DNA of 64,000 nucleotides from an uncultured Actinomycetota bacterium (GTDB lineage: Bacteria > Actinomycetota > Actinomycetes > Propionibacteriales > Nocardioidaceae). Below the pieces are notes generated by a model, which was not told where the DNA came from, made no database searches, and saw only the letters and a list, made by a program, of their open reading frames with translations. The position numbers and the translations under genes are program-made. This document shows positions 45,244 to 54,875 of this stretch, in pieces (position 1 is the first letter of the stretch; every line of letters begins with the position of its first letter). The DNA lies in contig CAWDXV010000022.1 of NCBI GenBank assembly GCA_963806345.1, forward strand, positions 182,929-246,928. The letters are read 5' to 3'.

Positions 45244-46643
45244 CAGACGGCGTTGAGGTCGTCGGTCTGGTTGGCGGCGCGGCCCGAGTCGTCCTTGGGC
45301 TTCTTGGTCGGCTTGACCGTCGACTCCGACTTGTCGATCGCCTTCTGGATCGCCGCCTGGATGGCCGGGAAGTCCGGCGTGACGGTGTTGAACTCCGGCG
45401 GCACGACCGACACCGTGCGGATCTTCTCGCCACGCGACTTGAGCGCCAGGTCGGCGAACTGACCGAGCTCCTTGGCCGGGATGTTGGTGCTGAGCAGCTC
45501 CTTGCCGGACTTCGCGATCTTGGTCGCGTTGAGCAGCACCTTCTGCGGGCTGAGCTGGTCGGCCATCGCGGCCATCAGGCACTTCTGCCGGCCCATGCGG
45601 GTGTAGTCGTCGGACTGCACGCGGCTGCGGGCGTACCAGAGCGCCTGCTGGCCGTTGAGCTTCTGCTTGCCGACCTCGATGTACTTGTTCTTCCACGCGT
45701 CGTCGTGGCCGAACATCGCGATGCGCGTCTTGACGTCCATCGTGACCCCGCCGACCGCGTTGACCAGGCCCTTGAAGCCGTTGAGGTTGACCATGACGTA
45801 GTAGTTGATCTTGAGCTTGGTGACGCCCTGGATCGCGTCGATCGTGGCGTCCAGCCCCGGATCCTTGCTGCCGGGGTAGAGGTCCGTACGGTTCTGCGCC
45901 GCCGTGTGCACCGCGTTGAGCAGGCAGGTCGGCCCGCAGTTGTAGCCGTAGGGATAGACCTTCAGCATCGGCGAGCCCTTGGAGAACGGCACGTTCTGCA
46001 GGTTGCGTGGCAACGAGATCAGCACGACCTTGCCGGTGTCGGCGTCGATGCTGGCGACCGTCATCGAGTCGGGCCGGACGCCGGTGCGGTCGGCGCGGGC
46101 GTCCGAGCCGAGCAGCAGGATGTTGTAGCGGCCCTTGAGCGGCTCAGACGTCTTGGTCGCCTTGAACACGACCTTGACGGTGTCGCGCGAGACCTTGATG
46201 AGCTGTGAGGCGTACGCCGTGGAGCCGGCGACGCCACCGATGATCGCGAGGTTGAGCACCGTGATGAACGCCGCCCGCATGAAGTTGAGGCGGAACGGCG
46301 AGGCCAGCCGCCACGCGTCGAGGAAGAGGATGCCCCACAGCACGGCGACCGCGACGATGCCGGCCCGCGCGAGCATCAGGACGTCGGTGTCGGTGAACCA
46401 GCCCAGCACCTCGGCGCGGTCCGTGCGGTACTTCCACAGCACATAGCCGCCGCCGCCCAGCGCGCCGAGCCACAAGGTGACCGCGAACCAGCCGACCGCG
46501 CGCTTGCCGACGGCGATGTGGCCGGAGCCGGGAACCAGCACCGTCATGAAGCACAGCAGCAGGGCGCGGCGGAACCGGACGCGCGGCGAGTCCAGGTGGT
46601 TGTCCTGGTAGCCGCGGCCCAAGAGACTCGCGCGATGCGACAT
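45240..46643 (-). CDS. LytR-CpsA-Psr (LCP) family protein
   Basis: NILLLGSD, RPDS, SLPRN, ALWYARSR..DDY.RMGRQKC; multi-TM N-terminus. Confidence 0.93.
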   Translation of the reverse strand: MSHRASLLGRGYQDNHLDSPRVRFRRALLLCFMTVLVPGSGHIAVGKRAVGWFAVTLWLGALGGGGYVLWKYRTDRAEVLGWFTDTDVLMLARAGIVAVAVLWGILFLDAWRLASPFRLNFMRAAFITVLNLAIIGGVAGSTAYASQLIKVSRDTVKVVFKATKTSEPLKGRYNILLLGSDARADRTGVRPDSMTVASIDADTGKVVLISLPRNLQNVPFSKGSPMLKVYPYGYNCGPTCLLNAVHTAAQNRTDLYPGSKDPGLDATIDAIQGVTKLKINYYVMVNLNGFKGLVNAVGGVTMDVKTRIAMFGHDDAWKNKYIEVGKQKLNGQQALWYARSRVQSDDYTRMGRQKCLMAAMADQLSPQKVLLNATKIAKSGKELLSTNIPAKELGQFADLALKSRGEKIRTVSVVPPEFNTVTPDFPAIQAAIQKAIDKSESTVKPTKKPKDDSGRAANQTDDLNAVC

Positions 46644-46679
46644 GAGATCCCTCACGGTGTGGCCGACGAAGCATCCATT

Positions 46680-46720
46680 ATCACTGACGCCCGGTGCTTC
46701 CGTGACATCGCGTCAGTGAT
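46680..46720. promoter_or_regulatory. 11-bp perfect inverted repeat between tandem LCP genes
   Basis: ATCACTGACGC-19nt-GCGTCAGTGAT, overlapping a GATAAT -10-like box (minus strand). Confidence 0.55.
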
Positions 46721-46749
46721 CTCAGTGACTACTCAGGTCCCGCGGGGCG

Positions 46750-48183
46750 TCAGCACGCAGCGCCGAGGTCGGAGCTCTGGTTGGCCTTGCGGGGATCGTT
46801 GGCGTCGTCGCCGACCTTCGGCACCGACAACCTGGCCTTCGTGATGCCGCCGGGGATCGACGACCGGCCCTCGGCCTTGTCGATCGCGTGGTCGATCAGC
46901 CGGCGGACCTTCTTGAAGTCGGGGTTGCCGGTGTAGATCACCGGCGGGACCAGCGAGACGGTCGAGACCTTCTGCGTCTTCGCCTTGAGCGCCAGGTCGA
47001 CGAAGGTGTCGAGTTCGGACTTGGGGATGTTGGTCGTCAGGAGCGCCTTGCTGGAGCTGGCGATCTTCTCGACGTTGAACAGCACCTTCTGCGGGCTGAG
47101 CTGGTGGAGCATCGCGTTCATGACGCACTTCTGCCGGCCCATGCGCGAGAAGTCGTCGTTCTGCACGCGGCTGCGGGAGTACCACAGCGCCTGGTCGCCG
47201 GTCAGCTTCTGCTCGCCGGCCTCGATCCAGCCGCGGATCGGCGAGCCGATGCCGCCGATCGCGGTGCGCTGCTGCACGTTGATGCGTACGCCGCCGACGG
47301 CGTTGACGAGCTTGGAGAACCCGTGCATGTTGACCATCGCGTAGTAGTTGAGCTTGAGGCCCGTGATCTCCTCGACCGCGCCCATCGTTGCCTTGAGGCC
47401 CGGGTTCTTCTGCTTGAACAGCGAGGCATGGTCGTTGGCCCAGGTGTTGATCGCGTTGAGGTACTGGCCCTCGCCGTTGAAGCCGTTGGGGAATGCCTTG
47501 CGCATCACCGAGCCCTTGGGGAACGGCACGTTCTGCAGGTTGCGAGGCAGGCCGACCAGCACGGTCCGGCCGGTCTCCTTGTCGATGCTCGCGACGGTCA
47601 GCGAGTCGGGGCGCAGGCCGCTGCGCTCGGGCCCGGAGTCGCCGCCGAGCAGGAGCACGTTGTAGCGGCCGTCCTGCGGCTTGGAGACGGTGTGGGCGAC
47701 GAAGACGCTGTCGACGAACGAGGTCTGCACGGCGACGAGGTGCGCGGCGAAGAACAGCGCCCCGGCGGTGACGAAGCACAAGGCGCTGTTGATGCCGGTC
47801 ATCCAGAGCCGGTGCTTGCGGCGCAGCTCGAGCGGGCGACCCAGGCGCCACGCGTCGACGATCAGCGCGACCCAGGCAATCGCGCCGGCGATCAGGATCC
47901 AGCGGCCGACGGGCAGCAGCGGCGACTCGATCGCCAGTGACAGCAGCTGCTTGCGGGAGTTCATCGCGAGGAACAGCAGGACCGCTCCGACGGCGAGGAA
48001 CGCCAGCCACACGCGTACGGCGATGCGGCCGATCCGCTTGTTGCCCATCACGAGCTGCGCGGAACCGGGCATGGCGAGGGTCATCGCCGTGAGGGTCAGT
48101 GCGCGGCGGAACTGGATGCGTGCGGAGGTGTCGGCCGGATGGGCGTACGACCCACCCATCACACTCGAGCGAACGTCAGACAT
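46750..48183 (-). CDS. LCP family protein (paralog of 45240-46643)
   Basis: NVLLLGGD, RPDS, GLPRN, ALWYSRSR..DDFSRMGRQKC. Confidence 0.93.
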   Translation of the reverse strand: MSDVRSSVMGGSYAHPADTSARIQFRRALTLTAMTLAMPGSAQLVMGNKRIGRIAVRVWLAFLAVGAVLLFLAMNSRKQLLSLAIESPLLPVGRWILIAGAIAWVALIVDAWRLGRPLELRRKHRLWMTGINSALCFVTAGALFFAAHLVAVQTSFVDSVFVAHTVSKPQDGRYNVLLLGGDSGPERSGLRPDSLTVASIDKETGRTVLVGLPRNLQNVPFPKGSVMRKAFPNGFNGEGQYLNAINTWANDHASLFKQKNPGLKATMGAVEEITGLKLNYYAMVNMHGFSKLVNAVGGVRINVQQRTAIGGIGSPIRGWIEAGEQKLTGDQALWYSRSRVQNDDFSRMGRQKCVMNAMLHQLSPQKVLFNVEKIASSSKALLTTNIPKSELDTFVDLALKAKTQKVSTVSLVPPVIYTGNPDFKKVRRLIDHAIDKAEGRSSIPGGITKARLSVPKVGDDANDPRKANQSSDLGAAC

Positions 48184-48337
48184 GGTGTCCTCACGGGGGA
48201 AGAGGCTGAGGTGATTCTCAGTATCCACACAAACTCTCGAGTTGAGGTTGAGGGCGCGCCGAGCGCGTGCGGGAATTTCGCCGGGCCGTCAGGGCGGCTG
48301 CCGGGCTCGTGTACCGAGGTCAGGTACGTTCTTGCTC

Positions 48338-49507
48338 ATGTCAGATGAGCGTCCCGAGGGCGAGTACGGCTGGTTGTACGGCGAGGACCAGCCGACCCGT
48401 CCGGTGCCGCGTGGACCGTCGTCCGACCTGCCTCCCCCGAACCTGCCGCCGCCGAGCCGCCGGTCCGACGACGACCTGCCGCCACCCAACCTCCCGCCTC
48501 CGGGCCGCCGCGCTGACGACGACGTGCCGCCGTCCGGACCCAAGAAGCCCAAGAAGAAGCACAACGGACGGCGCATCTTCGGGCTCATCGTGCTCGCCTG
48601 GGTCGTGTTCCTGGTCGCGGTGCCGTGGTGGGCCTGGGGCCAGATCGAGAAGGTCGACGCCTCGCCGGCGACCGGCCGCCCCGCCGACCAGCCCGGCACG
48701 ACGTACCTGCTCGTCGGGTCCGACAGCCGCCGCGGCCTGACCAAGGAGGAGCAGAAGGAGCTCACGACCGGAGGCGACACCGGCGGTCGCGGACGCACCG
48801 ACACGATCATGCTGCTGCACACCGGCAGCGGCCCCAGCATCCTCATGTCACTCCCCCGCGACTCGCTGGTCGACATCCCGGGCTACGGCCGCACCAAGAT
48901 CAATGCGGCGTACGCCTTCGGCGGGCCCAAGCTGCTCGTACGCACGATCGAGGGCAACACCGGCATCAAGGTCGACGACTACATCGAGGTCGGCTTCGGC
49001 GGGCTGGTCAAGGTCGTCGACTCGCTCGGCGGCGTCGAGATCTGCCCCAAGGAGCGGATCAAGGACAAGGACTCCGGGCTCAACGTCCGCAAGGGCTGCC
49101 AGAACGCCGACGGCAAGACCGCGCTGGCGTACTCCCGCAACCGGCACTCGTACGCGACGCAGGACATCCAGCGCGTGCAGAGCCAGCGTGAGGTGCTCGG
49201 ATCGATCGCGGCCAAGGCCAAGTCGCCGTGGACCGTGATCAACCCGGTCCGCTACCTCAGCGTGGCCAAGGGCGCCTCCGGGTCGCTGCGCATCGGCGAC
49301 GACGTCAGTCCCATCGCACTGTTCCGGTTCGCGCTCGCCCTGTCGGCCTCGATGGGCGGCGACGGGCTCAACTGCACCGTGCCGCTGCGGGACTTCGCAG
49401 TCACGTGGGACCCCGAGCGGGCGCCCAAGATGTTCGACTACATCAAGAAGGATCGCACCGACCAGATCGGCAGCCTGTGCACCAAGGACGGCCTGCCCAA
49501 GCGCTGA
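48338..49507 (+). CDS. LCP family protein (single TM, Pro-rich N-terminus)
   Basis: YLLVGSDSR, RTDTIMLL, SLPRDS, KINAAY; duplicated DLPPPNLPPP. Confidence 0.93.
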   Translation: MSDERPEGEYGWLYGEDQPTRPVPRGPSSDLPPPNLPPPSRRSDDDLPPPNLPPPGRRADDDVPPSGPKKPKKKHNGRRIFGLIVLAWVVFLVAVPWWAWGQIEKVDASPATGRPADQPGTTYLLVGSDSRRGLTKEEQKELTTGGDTGGRGRTDTIMLLHTGSGPSILMSLPRDSLVDIPGYGRTKINAAYAFGGPKLLVRTIEGNTGIKVDDYIEVGFGGLVKVVDSLGGVEICPKERIKDKDSGLNVRKGCQNADGKTALAYSRNRHSYATQDIQRVQSQREVLGSIAAKAKSPWTVINPVRYLSVAKGASGSLRIGDDVSPIALFRFALALSASMGGDGLNCTVPLRDFAVTWDPERAPKMFDYIKKDRTDQIGSLCTKDGLPKR

Positions 49508-49531
49508 GGTCGCCCAGATAGGTTTGGGGGC

Positions 49532-50476
49532 ATGACTTCTGCGGATCATCCCGGCGCGTACGCCTATGGCGTCGCCACGCTGACTCTCGACGGCACGGTC
49601 CTCGACGTCTGGTACCCCGAGCCCCGGCTCGGCGCCGCCCCTGAGGGCGATCCGGAGCCGGGCGAGCTGACCGCGCTGGCCGGCCAGGACGCGATCCGCG
49701 AGGTGCACAAGGTCGTCGTCCACACCGTGATCGACGACCTGCAGCAGCCGCCCACCGACGCGTACGACGTCTACCTGCGGCTGCACCTGCTGTCGCACCG
49801 GCTCGTCGCCCCGCACGGCCAGAGCCTCGACGGCATCTTCGGGCTGCTGACCAACGTCGTGTGGACGTCGCTCGGACCCTGCGCCGTCGACGGCTTCGAG
49901 ATCGTCCGGGCCCGGGCGCGTGGCGCCGGTCTGCACGTCCAGGTCACGAGCGTCGACAAGTTCCCCCGCATGACCGACTACGTCGTGCCGTCCGGCGTGC
50001 GCATCGGCGACGCCGACCGCGTACGCCTCGGCGCGCACCTCGCCGAGGGCACGACCGTCATGCACGAGGGCTTCGTCAACTACAACGCCGGCACGCTCGG
50101 CACCGCGATGGTCGAGGGCCGCATCTCCGCCGGTGTCACGGTCGGCGACGGCTCGGACGTCGGCGGCGGCGCGTCGATCATGGGCACGCTGTCGGGCGGC
50201 GGCAAGGCCGTCATCACGGTCGGCGAGAACAGCCTGATCGGCGCCAATGCCGGCATCGGCATCTCGCTCGGCAACGACTGCGTCGTGGCCGCCGGCACCT
50301 ACGTCACGGCGGGCTCCAAGGTGACGATGCCCGACGGCACCGTCATCAAGGCGTCCGAGCTGTCCGGCGAGAACGGCATCCTGTTCCTGACCAACAGCCA
50401 GACCGGCGCCATCGAGGCCCGGCCGCGCGGTGAGCGTACGGGCATCGAGCTCAACGCCGACCTCCACGCCAACTAG
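49532..50476 (+). CDS. dapD: 2,3,4,5-tetrahydropyridine-2,6-dicarboxylate N-succinyltransferase
   Basis: [36 protein letters not shown] end. Confidence 0.96.
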   Translation: MTSADHPGAYAYGVATLTLDGTVLDVWYPEPRLGAAPEGDPEPGELTALAGQDAIREVHKVVVHTVIDDLQQPPTDAYDVYLRLHLLSHRLVAPHGQSLDGIFGLLTNVVWTSLGPCAVDGFEIVRARARGAGLHVQVTSVDKFPRMTDYVVPSGVRIGDADRVRLGAHLAEGTTVMHEGFVNYNAGTLGTAMVEGRISAGVTVGDGSDVGGGASIMGTLSGGGKAVITVGENSLIGANAGIGISLGNDCVVAAGTYVTAGSKVTMPDGTVIKASELSGENGILFLTNSQTGAIEARPRGERTGIELNADLHAN

Positions 50477-50478
50477 CA

Positions 50479-51303
50479 GTGCGTTTTCGCTGGTTCGTCG
50501 TCCTCGCCCTCCTCACCGCCACCGTGATGGTCGCGGTGGTGCTGCGCGACCGCGAGCCGCTGCGCAGCGAGTCGTGCGTCGCCGAGGTCGGCAAGGTCAG
50601 GGCCGAGATCGACCTCGAGCAGGCCCGGTGGACGACGTTGATGGCGGCGATCTCGCAGCGCCGCGGCCTGCCCCCGCGGGCGACGACGATCGCGATCGCC
50701 ACGGCGTTCCAGGAGTCCAAGATCCACAACATCGACTACGGCGACCGCGACTCGGTGGGCCTGTTCCAGCAACGTACGTCGCAGGGCTGGGGCACGGTCG
50801 AGCAGATCAGCGACCCGCACTACTCGATCGGCCGGTTCTACGACGCGCTCGTCAAGGTCAAGGGCTATGAGTCGATGAAGATCACCGACGCGGCACAGAA
50901 GGTGCAGCGCTCTGCGTTCCCCGGTGCGTACGCCCAGCACGAGGACTACGCCCGAGCCCTCGCTTCGGCGCTGCGCGGCTACAGCCCCGCGGAGTTCACC
51001 TGCCAGATCAATCCCAAGGGCAGCGGCACGATCAACCGGGTCACCAAGGACGTCAAGGCGGCCTTCGGCGACATCGCGTTCGACACGGACGGCGACGACG
51101 CGTCGTACCCGCTCACGGGCAAGGCCTCCGACGTGAAGGCGCGCGGCTGGGCGCTCGCGCACTACCTGGTCGGCAACGCCTCACGCCTGCGGATCACCGA
51201 CATCTCGTTCGGCAACCGCGAGTGGAACGCCGACGACTCCGACAAGGGCTGGACCGCGCGCTCCGGCACCGACTCCGACACCGTCCGAGTCTCGACGAAC
51301 TGA
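50479..51303 (+). CDS. Secreted/anchored lysozyme-like (lytic transglycosylase-like) hypothetical protein
   Basis: IATAFQES, GDRDSVGLFQQR.SQGWG, AAQKVQRSAFP. Confidence 0.7.
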   Translation: MRFRWFVVLALLTATVMVAVVLRDREPLRSESCVAEVGKVRAEIDLEQARWTTLMAAISQRRGLPPRATTIAIATAFQESKIHNIDYGDRDSVGLFQQRTSQGWGTVEQISDPHYSIGRFYDALVKVKGYESMKITDAAQKVQRSAFPGAYAQHEDYARALASALRGYSPAEFTCQINPKGSGTINRVTKDVKAAFGDIAFDTDGDDASYPLTGKASDVKARGWALAHYLVGNASRLRITDISFGNREWNADDSDKGWTARSGTDSDTVRVSTN

Positions 51304-51306
51304 ACC

Positions 51307-51371
51307 CCGCGATGTGTGAGGTTGGAGGCGCTATCCGAGCGCGGTGACGCCTGTAAGTCCACAAATCGCGG
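51307..51371. repeat. 65-bp imperfect inverted repeat between convergent genes, same termini as 33006-33071
   Basis: CCGCGATGTGTG..AGGCG..CGCCT..CACAAATCGCGG. Confidence 0.7.
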
Positions 51372-51377
51372 CGGGGG

Positions 51378-52484
51378 TCAGCGGGTCAGGCGGGTGACGG
51401 CTTCGGCGACGCGCTCGTCGGTCGCGGTGAACGCCGCGCGTACGTGCTGGGAGCCCGCGGCACCGTAGAAGTCACCGGGCGCCGCCAGGATGCCGCGCTC
51501 GGCGAGCCAGTCGATCGTGTCGCGGCACGGCTCGCCGCGGGTCATCCAGAGGTAGAGCGCGCCTTCGGAGTGCTCGACGGAGAAGCCGGCGGACTCGAAC
51601 GCCCGGCGCAGGTCGAGGCGACGGGCGGCGTACGTCTTGCGCTGCACGTCGACGTGATCGTCGTCGGCGAGCGCAGCGGCCATCGCCGCCTGCACCGGCG
51701 CCGGGACCATGAAGCCGAGGTGCTTGCGGACCTCGAGCAGCTCGGAGACCACGGCCTGGTCGCCCGTGACGAACGCGTCGCGGTAGCCCGCGAGATTGGA
51801 TCGCTTCGACAGCGAGTGCACCGCGAGGATGCCCTCGGACGAGCCGCCGCAGATGTCGGGGTGCAGCACCGACCAGGGCGTGCCCTCCCAGGCGAACTCG
51901 AGGTAGCACTCGTCGGAGACCACCAGGGTGCCGCGCTCGCGGGCCCAGTCGACGACCTTGCGGAGGTGGTCGGGCGGCAGGATGCGGCCGGAGGGATTGG
52001 CCGGCGAGTTGAGGTAGATGATCGCCGGGACGCGGGGGCCGAGCGACAGCGTCGAGTCGGTGGCGACGACCTCGCAGCCGGCGTAGCGGGCACCGACCTC
52101 GTACGTCGGATAGGCCAGCTCGGGCACCACGACCAGGTCGTCGGGACCGAGGCCGAGCTGGGTCGGCAGGTTGGCGATGAGCTCCTTGGAGCCGATCGTC
52201 GGCAGCACCTGCGAGGCGCTGAGCCCGGTCACGTCGAAGCGGCGCTCGATCCAGTCGACGGCGGCCTGTCGCAGCGACTCAGGGCCGAACACCGTGGGAT
52301 AGCCCGGAGCGTCGGCGGCGGCGATGAGCGCCTCGCGCGCGACGTCGGGCGTGGGGTCGACCGGCGTGCCGATCGACAGGTCGACGAGGCCGCCGGGATG
52401 TGCCGCAGCGCGAGCCTTGGCCGCCGCGAGCGTGTCCCAGGGGAAGTCCGGGAACCTCGCCGAGACGTTGCCCCTGTCGGTCAT
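51378..52484 (-). CDS. dapC: N-succinyldiaminopimelate aminotransferase
   Basis: PDFPWD, DLSIGTPVDP, SDECY, HSLSKRSNLAGYR; follows fdxA. Confidence 0.95.
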   Translation of the reverse strand: MTDRGNVSARFPDFPWDTLAAAKARAAAHPGGLVDLSIGTPVDPTPDVAREALIAAADAPGYPTVFGPESLRQAAVDWIERRFDVTGLSASQVLPTIGSKELIANLPTQLGLGPDDLVVVPELAYPTYEVGARYAGCEVVATDSTLSLGPRVPAIIYLNSPANPSGRILPPDHLRKVVDWARERGTLVVSDECYLEFAWEGTPWSVLHPDICGGSSEGILAVHSLSKRSNLAGYRDAFVTGDQAVVSELLEVRKHLGFMVPAPVQAAMAAALADDDHVDVQRKTYAARRLDLRRAFESAGFSVEHSEGALYLWMTRGEPCRDTIDWLAERGILAAPGDFYGAAGSQHVRAAFTATDERVAEAVTRLTR

Positions 52485-52804
52485 TCCTGGGACTGCGGGG
52501 GCAGCGCGGCGATCAGCGGGTGGTCCTTGTCGATCACGCCGAGCTTGGCTGCACCACCGGGCGAGCCGATGTCGTCGAAGAAGTCGACGTTGGCGGCGTA
52601 GTAGTCCTTCCACTCCGCCGGCGTGTCGTCCTCGTAGAAGATCGCCTCGACGGGGCAGACCGGCTCGCACGCACCACAGTCGACGCATTCGTCGGGGTGG
52701 ATGTAGAGCATGCGGTTGCCCTCGTAGATGCAGTCCACGGGACATTCGTCCACACAAGCGCGGTCCTTGAGGTCCACACACGGCTGGGCGATCACGTACG
52801 TCAC
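52481..52804 (-). CDS. fdxA: 7Fe ferredoxin
   Basis: TYVIAQPCVDLKDRACVDECPVDCIY..ECVDCGACEPVCP. Confidence 0.96.
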   Translation of the reverse strand: MTYVIAQPCVDLKDRACVDECPVDCIYEGNRMLYIHPDECVDCGACEPVCPVEAIFYEDDTPAEWKDYYAANVDFFDDIGSPGGAAKLGVIDKDHPLIAALPPQSQE

Positions 52805-52899
52805 GAGCATTTCTCCTTCAAGGGACTGGGCTCTAGTATCACGCCTCCGCTCCACCTCCCGCACATGAGGTCCACCTCATGACATGGAACGCTTGGGAC

Positions 52900-53869
52900 A
52901 TGCCTCTCGACGCCACCTCCGTGGGCCAGCGCATCGTGGTCCGGTACGCCGTCGGCGGCACCGGACCGTCAGGCGGACCCGCCATGAGCGACGTCATCGG
53001 ACGGGTGCGCGCCGTCGATGACTCCGCCGTGACGCTCGAGCGCCGTGACGGGCGTACGCAGGTCGTGGCCCTGGCCGACGTCGTGACGTGGAAGCCGGTC
53101 CCCGACCGACCGCTGCGGCGACGCCGGGCCGGCGACATCGATCCCGCCGACCTCACCCGCATCACGTCCCGCGGTTGGCCGGCCATCGAGTCGGTCGCAC
53201 TCGGCGACTGGGAGCTGCGTACGTCCGGGCGATTCACCGGCCGGGCCAACTCCGTCGCGGTCCACGGCGACCCCGGCCTGCCGTTCGGCGACGCACTCGA
53301 CCGGGTGGGCGCGTTCTACGCGTCGCACGACGCCCCCGCGCTGGCCCAGGTCGTCGTCGGATCCGCCGGCGAGCGGGCCTTCGCCGGCGCCGGCTGGGTG
53401 CCGATGACGGGCTACCACGGCGGGGCAGTCGTCCAGGTCGCCGATCTCGACCCCGCCTACGACGCCGACCCCGCCGCGCGCATCGCCGCCACGGTCGACG
53501 ACGACTGGCTGGTCAACTACGGGCGGGTCAACGACCCGGTCGCCGCGCGAGCGGTGCTGGAAGGGCCGGACACCGTCGGATTCGTCTCGATCGGCACGCC
53601 GGCCGTCGCGATCGGACGCGTCGTCGTCACCGGCGAGTGGGCCGGCATCGCCTGCGTCGAGGTCTCCCCCGAGCACCGGCGGCAGGGGCTCGCGCGCCGG
53701 ATCGTCGAGACCTCTCTCGCCTGGGCCGTGGAGCGCGGCGCCGACAAGGCGTACCTCCAGACGATGCGCTCGAACCATGCGGCGCTCGCGCTCTACGAGC
53801 CGTACGGCTTCGCGGACCACCACGACTACCGCTACCTGCGAGCCCAGGGACACAGACTCCTCACAGTGA
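52900..53869 (+). CDS. GNAT family N-acetyltransferase (likely frameshift ~53840 hides its stop)
   Basis: VGQRIVVR, FTGRANS, RRQGLA, AYLQ..N.AALALY..GF. Confidence 0.85.
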
Positions 53870-53910
53870 AGCCACGGGCAGCACCCATGGAGCGTTCGTA
53901 CGCTGAACGC
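53850..53910 (+). promoter_or_regulatory. Promoter with 11-bp-spaced NCACAG boxes
   Basis: ACACAG 53850, TCACAG 53861, CCACGG 53872; TACGCT-gaacgc-ATG. Confidence 0.65.
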
Positions 53911-54755
53911 ATGACTCACGATCACGACGGGCCCCACGAGCACGACCTCGGGCTGTCCCACGACCTGCCGGCGCTGCTCAATCGTCGCCGCGCGCTCGGG
54001 CTGCTGACGGGTGCCGGGCTCGCCGCCGCACTGGCCGCCTGCAGCGGCAGTGACTCGTCGGGCGCCTCCCCCGCGACGAGCAACACCCCGTCGACGTCGG
54101 GCTCGCCGTCGACGACCACCACGACCGTCGACGCCGAGGTGCCGGAGGAGACCGGCGGCCCCTTCCCGGCCGACGGGTCGAACGGGGCCAACGTGCTGAC
54201 CGAGAGCGGCGTCGTTCGCAGCGACATCCGGTCGAGCTTCGGCGGCACCAGCACGACCGCCGAGGGAGTCAAGGCGACGATCGAGCTGACGATCTTCGAC
54301 ATGAACGGCAGCGACGTCACGCCGTACGAGGGCGCGGCGGTCTACATCTGGCACTGCGACCGCGAAGGCCGCTACTCGATGTACGAGTCGGAGATCGCCG
54401 ACGAGAACTACCTGCGCGGCGTGCAGGCGGCCGACGCGACGGCAGGCTGACGTTCACGACGATCTTCCCCGGCGCCTATCAAGGACGCTGGCCGCACATC
54501 CACTTCGAGGTCTACAAGACCGCGGCCGACGCACAGAAGGCGACCGGCAAGCTGCGCACCTCACAGATCGCGCTGCCCGAGGACGCGTGCAAGCGGGTCT
54601 ATGCGACATCCGGGTACGAGCAGAGCGTGCAGAACCTGGCACGGACCCCGCTCGACTCCGACATGGTCTTCAGCGACGGCTACTCGTTGCAGATGGCGGC
54701 CGTGACCGGCACCGTCGACGAGGGCATGACGGTCAAGCTCAACGTCGCGGTGTAG
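53911..54755 (+). CDS. Tat-exported intradiol ring-cleavage dioxygenase-like lipoprotein (frameshift ~54445)
   Basis: HDLGLSHDL, NRRRALG, LAAC, ETGGPFPADGSNG, YIWHCD.EG.YS, YLRGVQ, GRWPHIHFEV. Confidence 0.85.
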
Positions 54756-54789
54756 GTGGTCACCTTGGGGAGTCACGTCACCAGCACTT

Positions 54790-54875
54790 CGCTGATGGCG
54801 CCTTCGGCGCGACGCGCTCCCGGTCGCTCCGCTCCCTAGTGCGGCCTGACGCTCGTCGCTGCGCTCCTCGGTCAG
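54790..54875. repeat. REP-like element between convergent genes
   Basis: GCTCGTCGCTGCGCTCCTCG core; ends CCTCGGTCAG like the 44.4/45.2 kb repeats. Confidence 0.55.

Noticed and set aside
52879-54450. Apparent GNAT-dioxygenase fusion ORF
   Set aside because: One indel near 53840 restores a TGA at 53867-53869, and the second gene has its own promoter boxes and Tat/lipoprotein signal.
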